Assembly (NCBI GenBank): GCA_004431415.1
Contig: QPMI01000005.1
Span: 496,001-560,000 of the forward strand
Length of the DNA: 64,000 nt
Reading direction: 5' to 3'
Source of the DNA: Cyanophora paradoxa CCMP329
Lineage: Eukaryota > Plantae > Glaucophyta
Shown here: piece after piece, positions 11,651-23,455 of the stretch
Layout: every line of letters starts with the position of its first letter
How positions within the stretch are numbered: position 1 is the stretch's first letter
The notes under the pieces: model-generated
The model's input: only the letters and a program-made list of their open reading frames with translations
Database searches by the model: none
Told to the model about the DNA's origin: nothing
Made by a program: the position numbers and the translations under genes

Positions 11651-14600
11651 TCAATATAAACTTCGTATGCCGCCTGGGGCAGCGGGGCGGCCGAAAAGGA
11701 TGGTCTCGAGGCCCGTGACGCGCTGTTCCAGCGCTTGCAGCCCGGCCAGCGGCGCGTAGGTGAACCCCGGAGGCGGCACGCGGGGCGACGGGGCGCCGAA
11801 GGGCGGCGAGGCGTGGGGCGGGCCGTAGGGCGAGGGGTGGAGCGGGAGGGGGTAGGGCAGCGCGTGCTGACTGTCGCCACCGGCGGAGTGGGCGGGGGCA
11901 ATCTGGGAGAGCGCCGGGGGCGCGGTGCCCGCGGCCGGGAGCCGCCGCTCCTGCGGATGCGGAAGAGCCTCAGAGAGGAGCGCGGCGGCGGGGCCGGGGG
12001 CGCTCTCGATCGCTCGGGATCGGCGGCGCGCGCACGGCGTCGGCGGCGATCGCGAGGGCGGCGAGGCGCTCCTCGAGGGCGGGGAGGCGGCGCTGGAGGG
12101 CCCCCTCGACCGCCTCCACACGCCGCGCCAGCGCCTCCAGATCCTGCGCCCCGCGCGCCGCCTCCACCTCCCGCGCCAGCGCCCCCGAGCCGGCGGCCAC
12201 GGCGGCGGCGGCGGGGCCGCGGGCGGGGCCGCGTGCGCGTGCGGGACCACCTTGCGCTCCGGCTCCGGGTCGAACTCTGCGGGGCGTCCGACGGCGGAAG
12301 AGCGCGGAGGAAACGATAGAGCGCATGCGCACCGGCGGCGCCCTCGTACTCGTCGAGGTCGAGGAGGTGCGGGGCGAGGCGGGCGGCGGCCGCGGGCGCG
12401 GGCGGCGCGGAGCACTCCCCGTCCTCGAGATCGCCCCACGCCGCCTCGCGCCCGCGCGCCGGCCGATCGCGAGCGGCCGCCGCCGCCGCCGCGGCGGCGG
12501 CGCCAAGCAGGGCGGCGGAGGAGGCGGGGGAGATGGAGGCGCGGCGCTCGCGCTCGCGCCGGATGGAGGCCGCCGGCCGCAGCGGCACGGGGGCGCCCGG
12601 GTGCGCCGGCTTGCCGCCCTTCGTCGCCGGCGCCGGTGTCGGGGGCGCGGCGAGGGCGTAGGCGTAGGCGGGCGTGGGCGGCGGGGCGGGGAAGGGGAAG
12701 GGCGGCTCGTCGGCGTCGGCGCGGCCGATGTGGAAGGCCGCCTCCAGCGGGCGCTCCCCCTCGAGCTCCACGTCCCGCTCGCCCCAGATCTGAGCCCGAG
12801 TCCAAGTCTCAGTCAGATCTGAGAGGGAGCGTCCAAGGCCTAGGGGGGGGGGGAGTACGCACGACGAGGGTGAAGCGGGACTCCTGGCCGGGGGACATCG
12901 CCATGGGGACCACCTTGTAGTGCCCGGGCTCCAGCGTGCACTCCACCGACACTGCGCGGGAGCTCGTGGTCGGCGGCTGGACGAGAGGTGCTGCACCCCG
13001 GCCCCCGATGGCGGTGCACCCTCGCGACCCGGAAAGAAGAAAGGGGAGGTTTTGGCGACCATGTTGGAGAGGGTGGGGGCCTGGACCTGCGCGGGGGGAG
13101 TCGCAGAGGCGTCGCCTGCAGAGGCGGGCGGGCGACGCGCGCGCACGGCGGGGGCGTTGCGGGAGGCGACGCGGACGACGACGAAGCCGATCTTGGTGTC
13201 GCACTTGCGGCGCCCGAGGAGGAGCCGCGCGTCCGGCTGGCTCAGCGTGATCACCATCGTCGTCGGCGCCTCGGGCACCTGCCGCGCGCGATATTGATGC
13301 CGGGGCCCAGCTCCTGATCTCAGAGAGGGGCATATGCAGCCCAGCTCGCAAGAAAGAGCTCGCCTCAATGTGGTACTGGCGATTGTGCGCCCAGAAAGGG
13401 TTGACCTGCGCGTACAGTTCGAACATGCGCATCAGAGCCCCCCAGAGCCCGTGCTCAACATGCAGTGAACTTCGGACCTCGTCGGTGGGGCGCCCCGAGG
13501 CGTCGTACTTCACCGGGCCGCCCCCCGCAGTCCTGCCCCTCCACTCGCCCTGCCCCGGCGTTTGGTACGGCGCGGTTCCAGGGTGGGGGGTACATGCGCG
13601 AGCACGCACGTGGACGTACTGCCCCAGCCAGTCGTGCGGGAAGATGCGGCAGATGTACACCTGGCGGAGGGGAGGGGTCAGCACCCGCAGCAGCATGTAC
13701 ATGCCCCGCGCCACCGGGCCATCCCGCCCGGACCGACCTTGTAGAAGTGATCGACGAAGTCGTCCCACGCGATCCAGAAGAGCCTGCGGCGTGCCATGCT
13801 GATCAGAGGCTGCACAGAAGATCGAACCGCAGCGGAGAGGGGCGGGCCCGTCGTCGCCGGTGTAGACGGAGTAGCCGAGCTCCCGCTGCAGCTCTTCGCT
13901 CCAGTTGACGTCGTCCTTGTCGCTCCAGTTCCCCTCCCACTCCCCCCACCCGCTGCCCAGCTGTCGGCATGCCGCAGCGGGCGGGAGCCGGAAGGGAAGG
14001 GGAGAGGAGTTGGGGGAGATCTAGAGGGCGGGAGGTAGAGGGCAGGGGAGCTGGAAGCTGGAAGGGCGGGAGCTGGAAGGGAAGGGGAGGGAGACGAGGG
14101 AGGGGGGTGGAGGGGGGCGGGGGGGGGAGGGGTCGGAGGACGTAGGTAGGGGAGAGAGGAGGTGGAGGACGGGCGGAGGTGGGAGGGCGGGCGGAGATGC
14201 GGGGGAAAGAGAGAAGAGGTAGGGGGTGGGCGGGGAGCGGGGGGGATGTAGGGGGGGGGCGAGGCGGGGATGGGGGGTGAAAGGGGGCGGGTGCTCACAG
14301 GGGGGGGCAGGGGGGGGGGGCGGCAGGCGGGCAGGCGAGGGGGAAGGGAGGCGGGGAGGAGGGGAGAGGGGGTGTGGGGGGGGAGGGGTGGAGGAGATGT
14401 TGGGGGGGGGGGGGGGGGGTGCGGGGAAGGCGGAGGGGGGAGGGGGAAGGGGGCGGGGTGAGGGAGGGCGGGGAGGGGTGCTCACAGGGGGTTGCGGAGG
14501 GAGACGAGGCGCGCGCGCTGGCCGGTGACCGTCGTGACCTCACGCATGTCCAGTATCGAGTACGCGTGCCCCTGCGCGGGCCACCCCACCGCCCCCCAGT

Positions 14601-16070
14601 CAGCGGCCAGGCGACTCTATATTCGGCCGACCGGCCGCCCCGGGGGCGCACGTTCACTATGCCGTTCTCGTTGGAGCAGCTGGCGGCGCCCATGAGGCAG
14701 CCGCCGCGGTGGAGCTCGAGGAGGCGGGGCCACGTCAGGTCCGCCTCCAGGTCCCTCTGCCCCGCTGGCGTCCGGAAATTCCTGCGCGAGAATCGATGTC
14801 ACCACAGACGAAGGGGGTACGGTGCATGGGGCGCGCACACGACCTCGGGGACGCCTCCGGTGAGGTCCTTCAGGCCGTAGTCGACGAAGCCCGACACGAG
14901 CACCTCGTACCCCCCGTGCACCTTCGCGTACGCCTTCTCCAGCAGCGACACCCACAGCTCGTTCGCTGCGAGAGGGTACGGGTGAGGGGCCGGGGCGGGG
15001 GAGCAGGCCAGAGGGGTGGAGGGGGGGGCGGGGGGCGGGGGGCGGGGGGCGGGGCGGACGGTCGTGGCAGCGGGCGTAGACGGGCTTCGTGTTGTACCGG
15101 TAGCAGAGTACGCGGTCATCGATGACGACCCGGTGCCAGTACTCGTCCTGGAGACGCGTCAGCGCGAGGCCTTGCCCGGCCTAGTAGCTGCCCGGCGAGG
15201 GCGAGGGCGCGCCTTGTAGATGGCCACCGCGTACAGGCCGCGCAGCGCGAACTCGACCTCCTTGCGCCCCGGCAGCACGAAGAGGCGCTTCAGGTACTCC
15301 TTCCGGGTCGCGAGCACGGCCATCGAGCTGATGAACCAGCAGTTGCCGAGCTGCGCGCGCGCGCAGTGCAGGGCTCAGCTGCAGTTCGGTGGCCGCGGGC
15401 ACCGCGAGGGCGAGCCCGGGCGGCGCGGCCGCGCACCTCGCCCTGAATGACGTCCGAAGGCTCCGCGCCGCGGACGAAGAGCATCGGGGTCCCGGGGCAG
15501 AACCTGCCGCCCGGCCCGCCCGCGCGGCGCGCGCCCGCAATCAGATTCGAACGCGAGCCGATTCACGGGTCGAAAGAGGGCGCGCGGGCTGCCGCGGGCG
15601 GGCGCACTCGGCGGGTCGCAGCCAGGACGTGAAGTCCGCCTCGCTCGGCAGCCGCGGGCCCGGGAACTCGCGGTCCTCGAACAGCTGCCGGCGTGTGAGC
15701 GCGCCCGGATTTGGTCCGCGCCGAAGCTAATGATCAACAGCCCGTGGCCGCGGCAGCGCATATGCAAATGCATGCGGAAATACGTATACATTAACATGTG
15801 GTCGCACCTCTCCCGGACCGAGCTGCTTGATCAGAGAGGCCGGCTGCCGATTCGAATCGTGGTTCACGCATGCCTATGCGAAACCGTAAGTCCGCTGGAG
15901 CTGTCGGCGGCGCGGGCGCCCGGCTGCGCATGCACGACCTTCACACGGCAAGTCTCGGTCGTGCACAGAGGCCGGGGCGTCGGCAATGGCTTCTTCACCT
16001 TTTTAGCTGCTCCGTGCGTGCTGGGCGCTGGCACCAGCAACGGCGCTGGCGCCTGGCGAGAGATCGGCAT
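11651..16070 (-). CDS. Calpain-family cysteine protease (CysPc plus calpain domain III, low-complexity/coiled-coil tail)
   Basis: [23 protein letters not shown] (catalytic Cys), [26 protein letters not shown] (His), LRNP (Asn), [16 protein letters not shown]; domain [22 protein letters not shown]. Start inferred; one phase inconsistency near 13955. Confidence 0.9.
13990..14486. repeat. ~500-bp purine (G/A)-rich low-complexity tract inside a calpain intron
   Basis: Almost only G and A on the + strand, with many G runs; lies between the LRNP and EWEG exons. Confidence 0.85.
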
Positions 16071-16237
16071 GTTGTGGTCGATTGGGCGCCGGCTGCGCAT
16101 GCGTCGACGTCAGTTGCAAAGGGCGGTGAAGTTTCAAACGAAATATCGATGCGGTCGCCGCAGGGCAGAGTCGGTCCGACTCGGTCGAGCGCACCGCTAT
16201 AGCTACCTATGCTTGCTGCTTCGTCCCCTAGGCCTCT

Positions 16238-17045
16238 GCTTCACCTTCACCTTCCACCGCTTCCGGGCTTCCCGCTCCGTGTACCCCCGGCCCCCTCCGG
16301 TCTTGCCACCTGTACCCCGTGCGCAGGGGCCCTACAGGAGACGTTTATGCCGAGAGGCGTGCAGCGAAGAGCCCATCCCGCTGATCTGCAGCTGCGCGGC
16401 TGCCAACATGCAGGCGCGGCCCCCCTAGGCCTCCAGAGCGCGCCCTGCCCTTCCCTTGCGCCCGTACCCCCCACGACGCGTCGACGTCCGACCGACCCGG
16501 ACGCCGGTGCAGAGCCCGTCAAAGACCCGCAGGAGCAATTCGAGCATAGCCACATGCCCCGCGGCCTTGCCGCCTTCGAATTCGTTCCCTCTGCTAGCGC
16601 TTCACCTTCACCATCCACCCCTTCCGGGCTTCCCGCTCCGTGTACCCCCCTCCGGTCTTGCCATGGCCACCTGTACCCCGTGCGCAGGGGCCCTACAGGA
16701 GACGTTTATGCCGAGAGGCGTGCAGCGAAGAGCCCATCCCGCTGATCTGCGCGGCTGCCAACATGCAGGCGCGGCCCCCCTAGGCCTCCAGAGCGCGCCC
16801 TGCCCTTCCCTTACGCTGGTACCCCCCACGACGCGTCGACGTCCGACCGACCCGGACGCCGGTGCAGAGCCCGTCAAAGACCCGCAGGAGCAATTCGAGC
16901 ATAGCCGCATGCCCCGCGGCCTTGCCGCCTTCGTTCCCTCTGCAGCTGCTAGCGCACGTGAGCGCTTCACCTTCACCATCCACCGCTTCCAGCTGCAGGT
17001 CCCGCTCCGTGAATCCGGATCCCCCCCTCCGGTCTTGCCACCTGC
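16238..17045. repeat. Tandem repeat, ~365-bp unit, ~2.2 copies
   Basis: CTTCACCTTCACC..CCACC recurs at ~16240, ~16600 and ~16965, with collinear downstream sequence (GGGGCCCTACAGGAGACGTTTATGCCGAGAGG). Confidence 0.9.
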
Positions 17046-18705
17046 TGAGATGGCGTCCTCCCTGCACCCCTGACCTCGTAGTGGGCTCCTCGGCGGGGCC
17101 CTTGCGCCCGATTTCATGAAGCCGCCGCGTCCCGGGGGGTACACGGCGTTCAAACGGCAAGGAGCGGCGGCCGCCGGGCAGCAAGGGGGAATGAGGGGGA
17201 AGAGGAGGGCGTTGGAGGGCGTTTTAGGGTGCGCTGGGACTCGCATCGCCCTGCGCATGCGCCTCACGCAAGATCTAGAGGTCAGAGGACGCTCCCGCAC
17301 CGGTCGGACGGGTCGTCCGGGGTACAGGCGCGAGGGGAGGATGGGGCGCGTTTGGCTGCAGGCCTGCACTTCGGCAGCCCCGTGAAGTGCTGGGATGGCG
17401 TCCTCCCTGCACCCCTGACCTCGGAATCGGCTCCTCGGGGGGCCCTGCGCCCGATTTCATGAAGCCGCCGCGTCCCGGGGGGTACACGGCGTTCAAACGG
17501 CAAGGAGCGGCGGCCGCCGGGCAGCAAGGGGGAATGAGGGGGAAGAGGAGGGCGTTGGAGGGCGTTTTAGGGTGCGCTGGGACTCGCATCGCCCTGCGCC
17601 TCACGCAAGATCTAGAGGTCAGAGGACGCTCCCGCACCGGTCGGACGGGTCGTCCGGGGTACAGGCGCGAGGGGAGGATGGGGCGCGTTTGGCTGCAGGC
17701 CTGCACTTCGGCAGCCCCGTGAAGTGCTGGGATGGCGTCCTCCCTGCACCCCTGACCTCGGAATCGGCTCCTCGGGGGGCCCTGCGCCCGATTTCATGAA
17801 GCCGCCGCGTCCCGGGGGGTACACGGCGTTCAAACGGCAAGGAGCGGCGGCAGCAAGGGGGAATGAGGGGGAAGAGGAGGGCGTTGGAGGGTGTTTTAAT
17901 AATTTAGGGTGCGCTGGGACTCGCATCGCCCTGCGCATGCGCCTCACGCAAGATCTAGAGGTCAGAGGACGCTCCCGCACCGGTCGGACGGGTCGTCCGG
18001 GGTACAGGCGCGAGGGGAGGATGGGGCGCGTTTGGCTGCAGGCCTGCACTTCGGCAGCCCCGTGAAGTGCTGGGATGGCGTCCTCCCTGCACCCCTGACC
18101 TCGGAATCGGCTCCTCGGGGGGCCCTGCGCCCGATTTCATGAAGCCGCCGCGTCCCGGGGGGGTACACGGCGTTCAAACGGCAAGGAGCGGCGGCCGCCG
18201 GGCAGCAAGGGGGAATGAGGGGGAAGAGGAGGGCGTTGGAGGGCGTTTTAGGGTGCGCTGGGACTCGCATCGCCCTGCGCCTCACGCAAGAGGTCAGAGG
18301 ACGCTCCCGCACCGGTCGGACGGGTCGTCCGGGGTACAGGCGCGAGGGGAGGATGGGGCGCGTTTGGCTGCAGGCCTGCACTTCGGCAGCCCCGTGAAGT
18401 GCTGGGATGGCGTCCTCCCTGCACCCCTGACCTCGGAATCGGCTCCTCGGGGGGCCCTGCGCCCGATTTCATGAAGCCGCCGCGTCCCGGGGGGTACACG
18501 GCGTTCAAACGGCAAGGAGCGGCGGCAGCAAGGGGGAATGAGGGGGAAGAGGAGGGCGTTGGAGGGTGTTTTAATAATTTAGGGTGCGCTGGGACTCGCA
18601 TCGCCCTGCGCATGCGCCTCACGCAAGATCTAGAGGTCAGAGGACGCTCCCGCACCGGTCGGACGCGTACGGGTCGTCCGGGGTACAGGCGCGACGGGAG
18701 GATGA
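17046..18705. repeat. Tandem repeat, 332-345-bp unit, ~5 copies
   Basis: GATGGCGTCCTCCCTGCACCCCTGACCTCG at 17049, 17394, 17731, 18074 and 18406. Copies are near-identical apart from small indels. Confidence 0.95.
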
Positions 18706-18731
18706 GGCTCGTCACGGCGTTCGGCGGCAGG

Positions 18732-19260
18732 TAGGGTTGCCGTTTAAGCTTAAGTTTAAGCCTCCCCCACTTAAACTAAAAGTGCGCTAAACTTAAGCGT
18801 TTAAGCGCTTAAACTTAAGTGCGTACAAGAGCACCCAGTATGATGAGGAAACAGACACCGATTCAATCTCAAACGCGCCACAGACATGCTAGAATGCCTT
18901 CCTGACGGATTTTAATCACTAAACACACGATTTCCCAGAAGTTTCAGTCAGTGAAGCTTCTGAAGGGGGGTACACGTAATCCTTTCTGAGGGAGACCCAG
19001 CCTCGAAACTGGCACTGCGCAGTGTTGCGACCTTTATGAATGCAGAGAAGTTTTTATAGCCGATGGCGATGACATACAGCATGTTTTCTGCACATCTGAC
19101 ATCGTTTTGAGGGGGTTTCCGGGGGTTCTGCCCCCGGGATTCGAACCGGGGGTGTCCCCGTTTAAGCTTAAGTTTAAGCAGGCCGCTTTAACTAAAACTT
19201 AAACTTAACTTAAACGCTTAACTAGTTCAAGTGCACTTGAACTTAAGCGCGGCAACCCTA
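18732..19260. mobile_element. Non-autonomous hAT-superfamily DNA transposon (MITE), 529 bp
   Basis: TIRs TAGGGTTGCCG / CGGCAACCCTA. Perfect 8-bp TSD GCGGCAGG at 18724-18731 and 19261-19268. Subterminal TTAAG/TTAAAC motif clusters, AT-rich, no transposase ORF. Confidence 0.93.
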
Positions 19261-19768
19261 GCGGCAGGCCGGCGCCGGCCCCGGCGGCCCGGCGGCGCCG
19301 GCGCCGGGCCGGGCGCTGCCGGCCAGTGCCGGCCCACTGCCGGGGCGCATGATCCGCCGCGCATGCGCAACTTCATGATCACAAGATTCACAATTGCAAC
19401 TTGAACCGTCAAACGTTCAACGGTTGAACTTGCCACCGATCGCGATCAGTAGCACCGACTGGCAGTGTGGCTGCACTGTGGCACCGAGTTGCCCGCGGGC
19501 CGGCGGCGGCGCGCGCGCGGCCGCGGCGGCCCCGCCGGCCGGCGAGTCGGCGACTCGGCGGCGTCGGCGCCTTGCGGGCCGAAGTTGCGGCCACCGAGGC
19601 CCACCGTGGCACTTGCCGCAAGTTGCCGGCGCAAGTTGCCGCCCAACTTAACGTTGCGGCCCAACTTGCCGGCCTTACCGAAGTTCCGAATGAAGCCTTT
19701 TTTAAACCAAGTTCCCTATTAACCGCTAAAAATTCTGAACACTGCAGAGATTCATCAGAACAGTGGGA

Positions 19769-19816
19769 TCAGGCGAAGCCTCTTTCAGGCGAAGCCTCTT
19801 TCAGGCGAAGCCTCTT
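19769..19816 (+). repeat. 3 x 16-bp TCAGGCGAAGCCTCTT at the left end of the array
   Basis: Exact tandem copies, each containing the mini-hairpin AGGC-GAA-GCCT. Confidence 0.95.
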
Positions 19817-22800
19817 TCTCAAACCCAAAAACCGACGATCTAAATTCCTTTTTTAACCTTTTTTTCCACTCGAGATCCCCCCTGCTAAATAATTTCCGTG
19901 TCGCACTCCCTCGAGGCAGAATTATTAATTTTGCCTCGACACAGACGCGATTGCTGCTAGTCACACAGCCACCCGAACCCCCACAGACCTCTCTAGAGCC
20001 AATTTTAGCGTCCTGGCTCCCCTAAGACGACCGCTCTCCCGTGGGCGTCGCGCGAATATCGAATATTCCTCTGGATCAATTCCGGTTCTTAACCTCCGAC
20101 AAATCCAGTCCGAGTCAGAAGGTGGGACCCGGTCCCGCCCGGTCCCGCGACAAAATCGCGCCAGGAACGCCCCAGAACGATACAGAATGACGCGCGAGGG
20201 CGAGCGCATCGCCGCAAACCCGATTTCGCGCGCCGTCGACGCTCCAGTGCGAAGAGTCGGCCGAAAATTTGATCCGGCCGGTTCCGGCCGGTCCCGCGAC
20301 GCGCGCAATCGATGCGTACGGGCGCGCATAGACATAGCAGCGCCTGCGCACCCCGAAATCCGCTTTTCGGAGCCGGAAGAGCGCAGGAAGGTACCCGACG
20401 GCAAAAATTCGATCCTAGACAGGCCCGGAGATCTTTCCGCGCGCCCGCGCCGCGGCGCATGCGCGGAACGATAGCATAAGCATTTGAGATGTAGAAGAAG
20501 CCTTCCGCACGGTCTCTAAATGCGCCGGGCCGCGAGGACCCAGCCGACCCCGGAAATTCGATCCTGGACGGACCTGCACAACTTTCCGCGCGCCCTCGCA
20601 TCCTCACGCGAGCGCATCGCTACAATTTTCAGTTGACTCCTTTTTAAAGCTTTTCGCAAGCTCTGCAGGCGCGACAGGGCACGAGAACCCAGCCGACGCA
20701 AAAATTCGATCCTGGACATACCCGACGGCAAGAATTCGATCCTAGACAGGCCCGGAGATCTTTCCGCGCGCCCACGCCGCGGCGCATGCGCGGAACGATA
20801 GCATATGCATTTTAGATGTAGAAGAAGACTTCCGCACGGTCTCTAAATGCACCAGGCCGCGAGGACCCAGCCGACCCCGAAAATTCGATCCTGTACGGAC
20901 CTGAACATCTTTCCGCACGCCCTCGCATTCTCGCGCATGCGCATCGCTACAATATTCATTTGAGATTTTATCAAAGCCTTCCACAAGCTTCGAAGACGCG
21001 AAAGAGCACGAGAACCCAGCCGACGGCAAAAATTCGATCCTGCACGGACCCGGACATCTTTCCGCGCGCCCACGCCGCGGCGCATGCGCGGAACAATAGC
21101 ATAAGCATTTGAGATGTAGGCAAAGACTTCCGCACGCTTTGCGTATGCGCCGAGCCGCGAGGACCCAGCCGACCCGAAAATTCGATCCTGTACGTATACG
21201 GACCTGCACAGCTTTCCGCGCGCCTCGCATCCTCGCGCGTGCGCATCGCTACAATAGTAATTTGAGATCTTTGTTAAGCTTTTCGCGAGCTCCGAGGACG
21301 CGACAGGGCGCGAGAATCCAGCCGACCCCGAAAATTCGATCCTGCATGGACCTGCACGTCTTTCCGCGCGCCCTCGCCTCCGCAGCCCCGCACATCGATG
21401 CTATATACATTCGATCGCGAGATTCTGTTTAAGCGATTCGCAAGCTCTGTGCATGCGCCTGGCCGCGAGAACCTCGCCCCTCCCGGGCCTCCTTCCCAAC
21501 AATATTATAATTAATCTCTTCTCAATCTGCTCCACCCTTTAGTTCCTCAGTAAATTAATATTCCTCTAGCCGGCCAGCGCTAGCTGGACTGGCCGTCAGC
21601 CAGCCAGCTTCCAGCCAGCTGCAGAAAGCTGTTCGCGATCGGCCAGGCCGCTGGCCAGTCGCTGAGTGCCCTATATATATAGGCCTACTGTAACAGCGGC
21701 GAGGGCGTCCGCGAGGCTTCGCCGTACTTAGTGCTCCGCAGGAGCACGGATCTTGTCTCAAACCCAAAAACCGCCGATATAAATTCCTTTTTTAACCTTT
21801 TTTTCCACTCAAGATCCCCCCTGCTAAATAATTTCCGCGTCGCACTCCCTCGAGGACGAATTATTAATTCTGCCTCGACACGGACGCGATTGCCGCTAAT
21901 GACTCAGCTACCCTAACCCCCACAGACCTCTCTAGATCCATTTTTAGCGTCGTGGCTCCCCTAAGACGACCGCTCGCCCGTGGGCGTCGCGCGAAAATCG
22001 AATTTCCCTCTGGATCAATTCCGGTACTTAACCTCCGACAAATGCAGTCCGAGTCAGAAGGTGGGACCCGGTCCCGCCCGGTCCCGCGACGAAATCGCGC
22101 CAGGGACGCCCCAGAACGATACAGAATGCCGCGCGAGGGCGAGCGCATCGCCGCAAGCTCGATTTCAAGCGCCGTCGACGCTCCAGTGCGAAGAGTCGGC
22201 CGAAAATTTGATCCAGCGCTAGCCGGTCCCGCCCGGTCCGCGACGCGCGCAATCGATGCGTACTGGCGCGCATGGACATAGCAGGGCCTGCGCACCCCCG
22301 AAATCCGCTTTTCGGAGCCGGAACAGCGCAGGAAGGTACCCGACGGCCAAAATTCGATCCTGCACGCGCCCTGACATCTTTCCGCGCGCCCACGCCGCGG
22401 CGCATGCGCGGAACGATAGCATAAGCATTTAAGATGTAGGCAAAGTCTTCCGCACGCTTTGCGTATGCGACGGGCCGCGAGGACCCAGCCGACCCCGAAA
22501 ATTCGATCCTGCATGGACCTGCACATCTTTCCGCGCGCCCTCGCCTCGAGCTCCGCAGCCCCGCACATCGATGCTATAGCTATATGCATTCAAGATTCTG
22601 TTTAAGCGATTCGCAAGCTCTGTGCATGCGCCTGGCCGCGAGAACCTTGCCCCTCCCGGGCCTCCCTCTCAACAATATTATATATAATTCATCTCCTCTA
22701 ATCTCAACCTGCTCCGGCCTCCCTTTATTTCCTCAGTACATTAATATTCCTCTAGTTATATTCCTCTAGCCGGCCAGCGGTAGCTGGACTGGCCGTCAGC

Positions 22801-23380
22801 CGGCCAGCTTCCAACCAGAAAGCTGTTCGCGATCGGCCAGGCCGCTGGCCAGTGCCCTATAGGCCTACTGTGACAGCCGCGAGGGCGTCCGCGAGGCTTC
22901 GCCGTACTTAGTGCTCCGCAGGAGCACGGATCTTGTCTCAAACCCAAAAACCGACGATCTAAATTCCTTTTTTAACCTTTTTTTCCACTCGAGATCCCCC
23001 CTGCTAAATAATTTCCGTGTCGCACTCCCTCGAGGCAGAATTATTAATTTTGCCTCGACACAGACGCGATTGCTGCTAGTCACACAGCCACCCGAACCCC
23101 CACAGACCTCTCTAGAGCCAATTTTAGCGTCCTGGCTCCCCTAAGACGACCGCTCTCCCGTGGGCGTCGCGCGAATATCGAATATTCCTCTGGATCAATT
23201 CCGGTTCTTAACCTCCGACAAATCCAGTCCGAGTCAGAAGGTGGGACCCGGTCCCGCCCGGTCCCGCGACAAAATCGCGCCAGGAACGCCCCAGAACGAT
23301 ACAGAATGACGCGCGAGGGCGAGCGCATCGCCGCAAACCCGATTTCGCGCGCCGTCGACGCTCCAGTGCGAAGAGTCGGC

Positions 23381-23455
23381 CGAAGCCTCTTTCAGGCGAA
23401 GCCTCTTTCAGGCGAAGCCTCTTTCAGGCGAAGCCTCTTTCAGGCGAAGCCTCTT
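23381..23455 (+). repeat. 4+ x 16-bp TCAGGCGAAGCCTCTT (internal restart of the element 5' end)
   Basis: A truncated unit switches at CGAA into the 16-mer array, then continues with TCTCAAACCC at 23456. Confidence 0.95.

Noticed and set aside
19100-19200. tRNA gene or SINE in the MITE
   Set aside because: Only a T-loop/B-box motif is present; no acceptor, D or anticodon arms could be folded.
19769-23455. 16-bp hairpin repeats and other arrays as a CRISPR locus
   Set aside because: Repeats abut directly with no unique spacers, there are no cas genes, and the context is eukaryotic.
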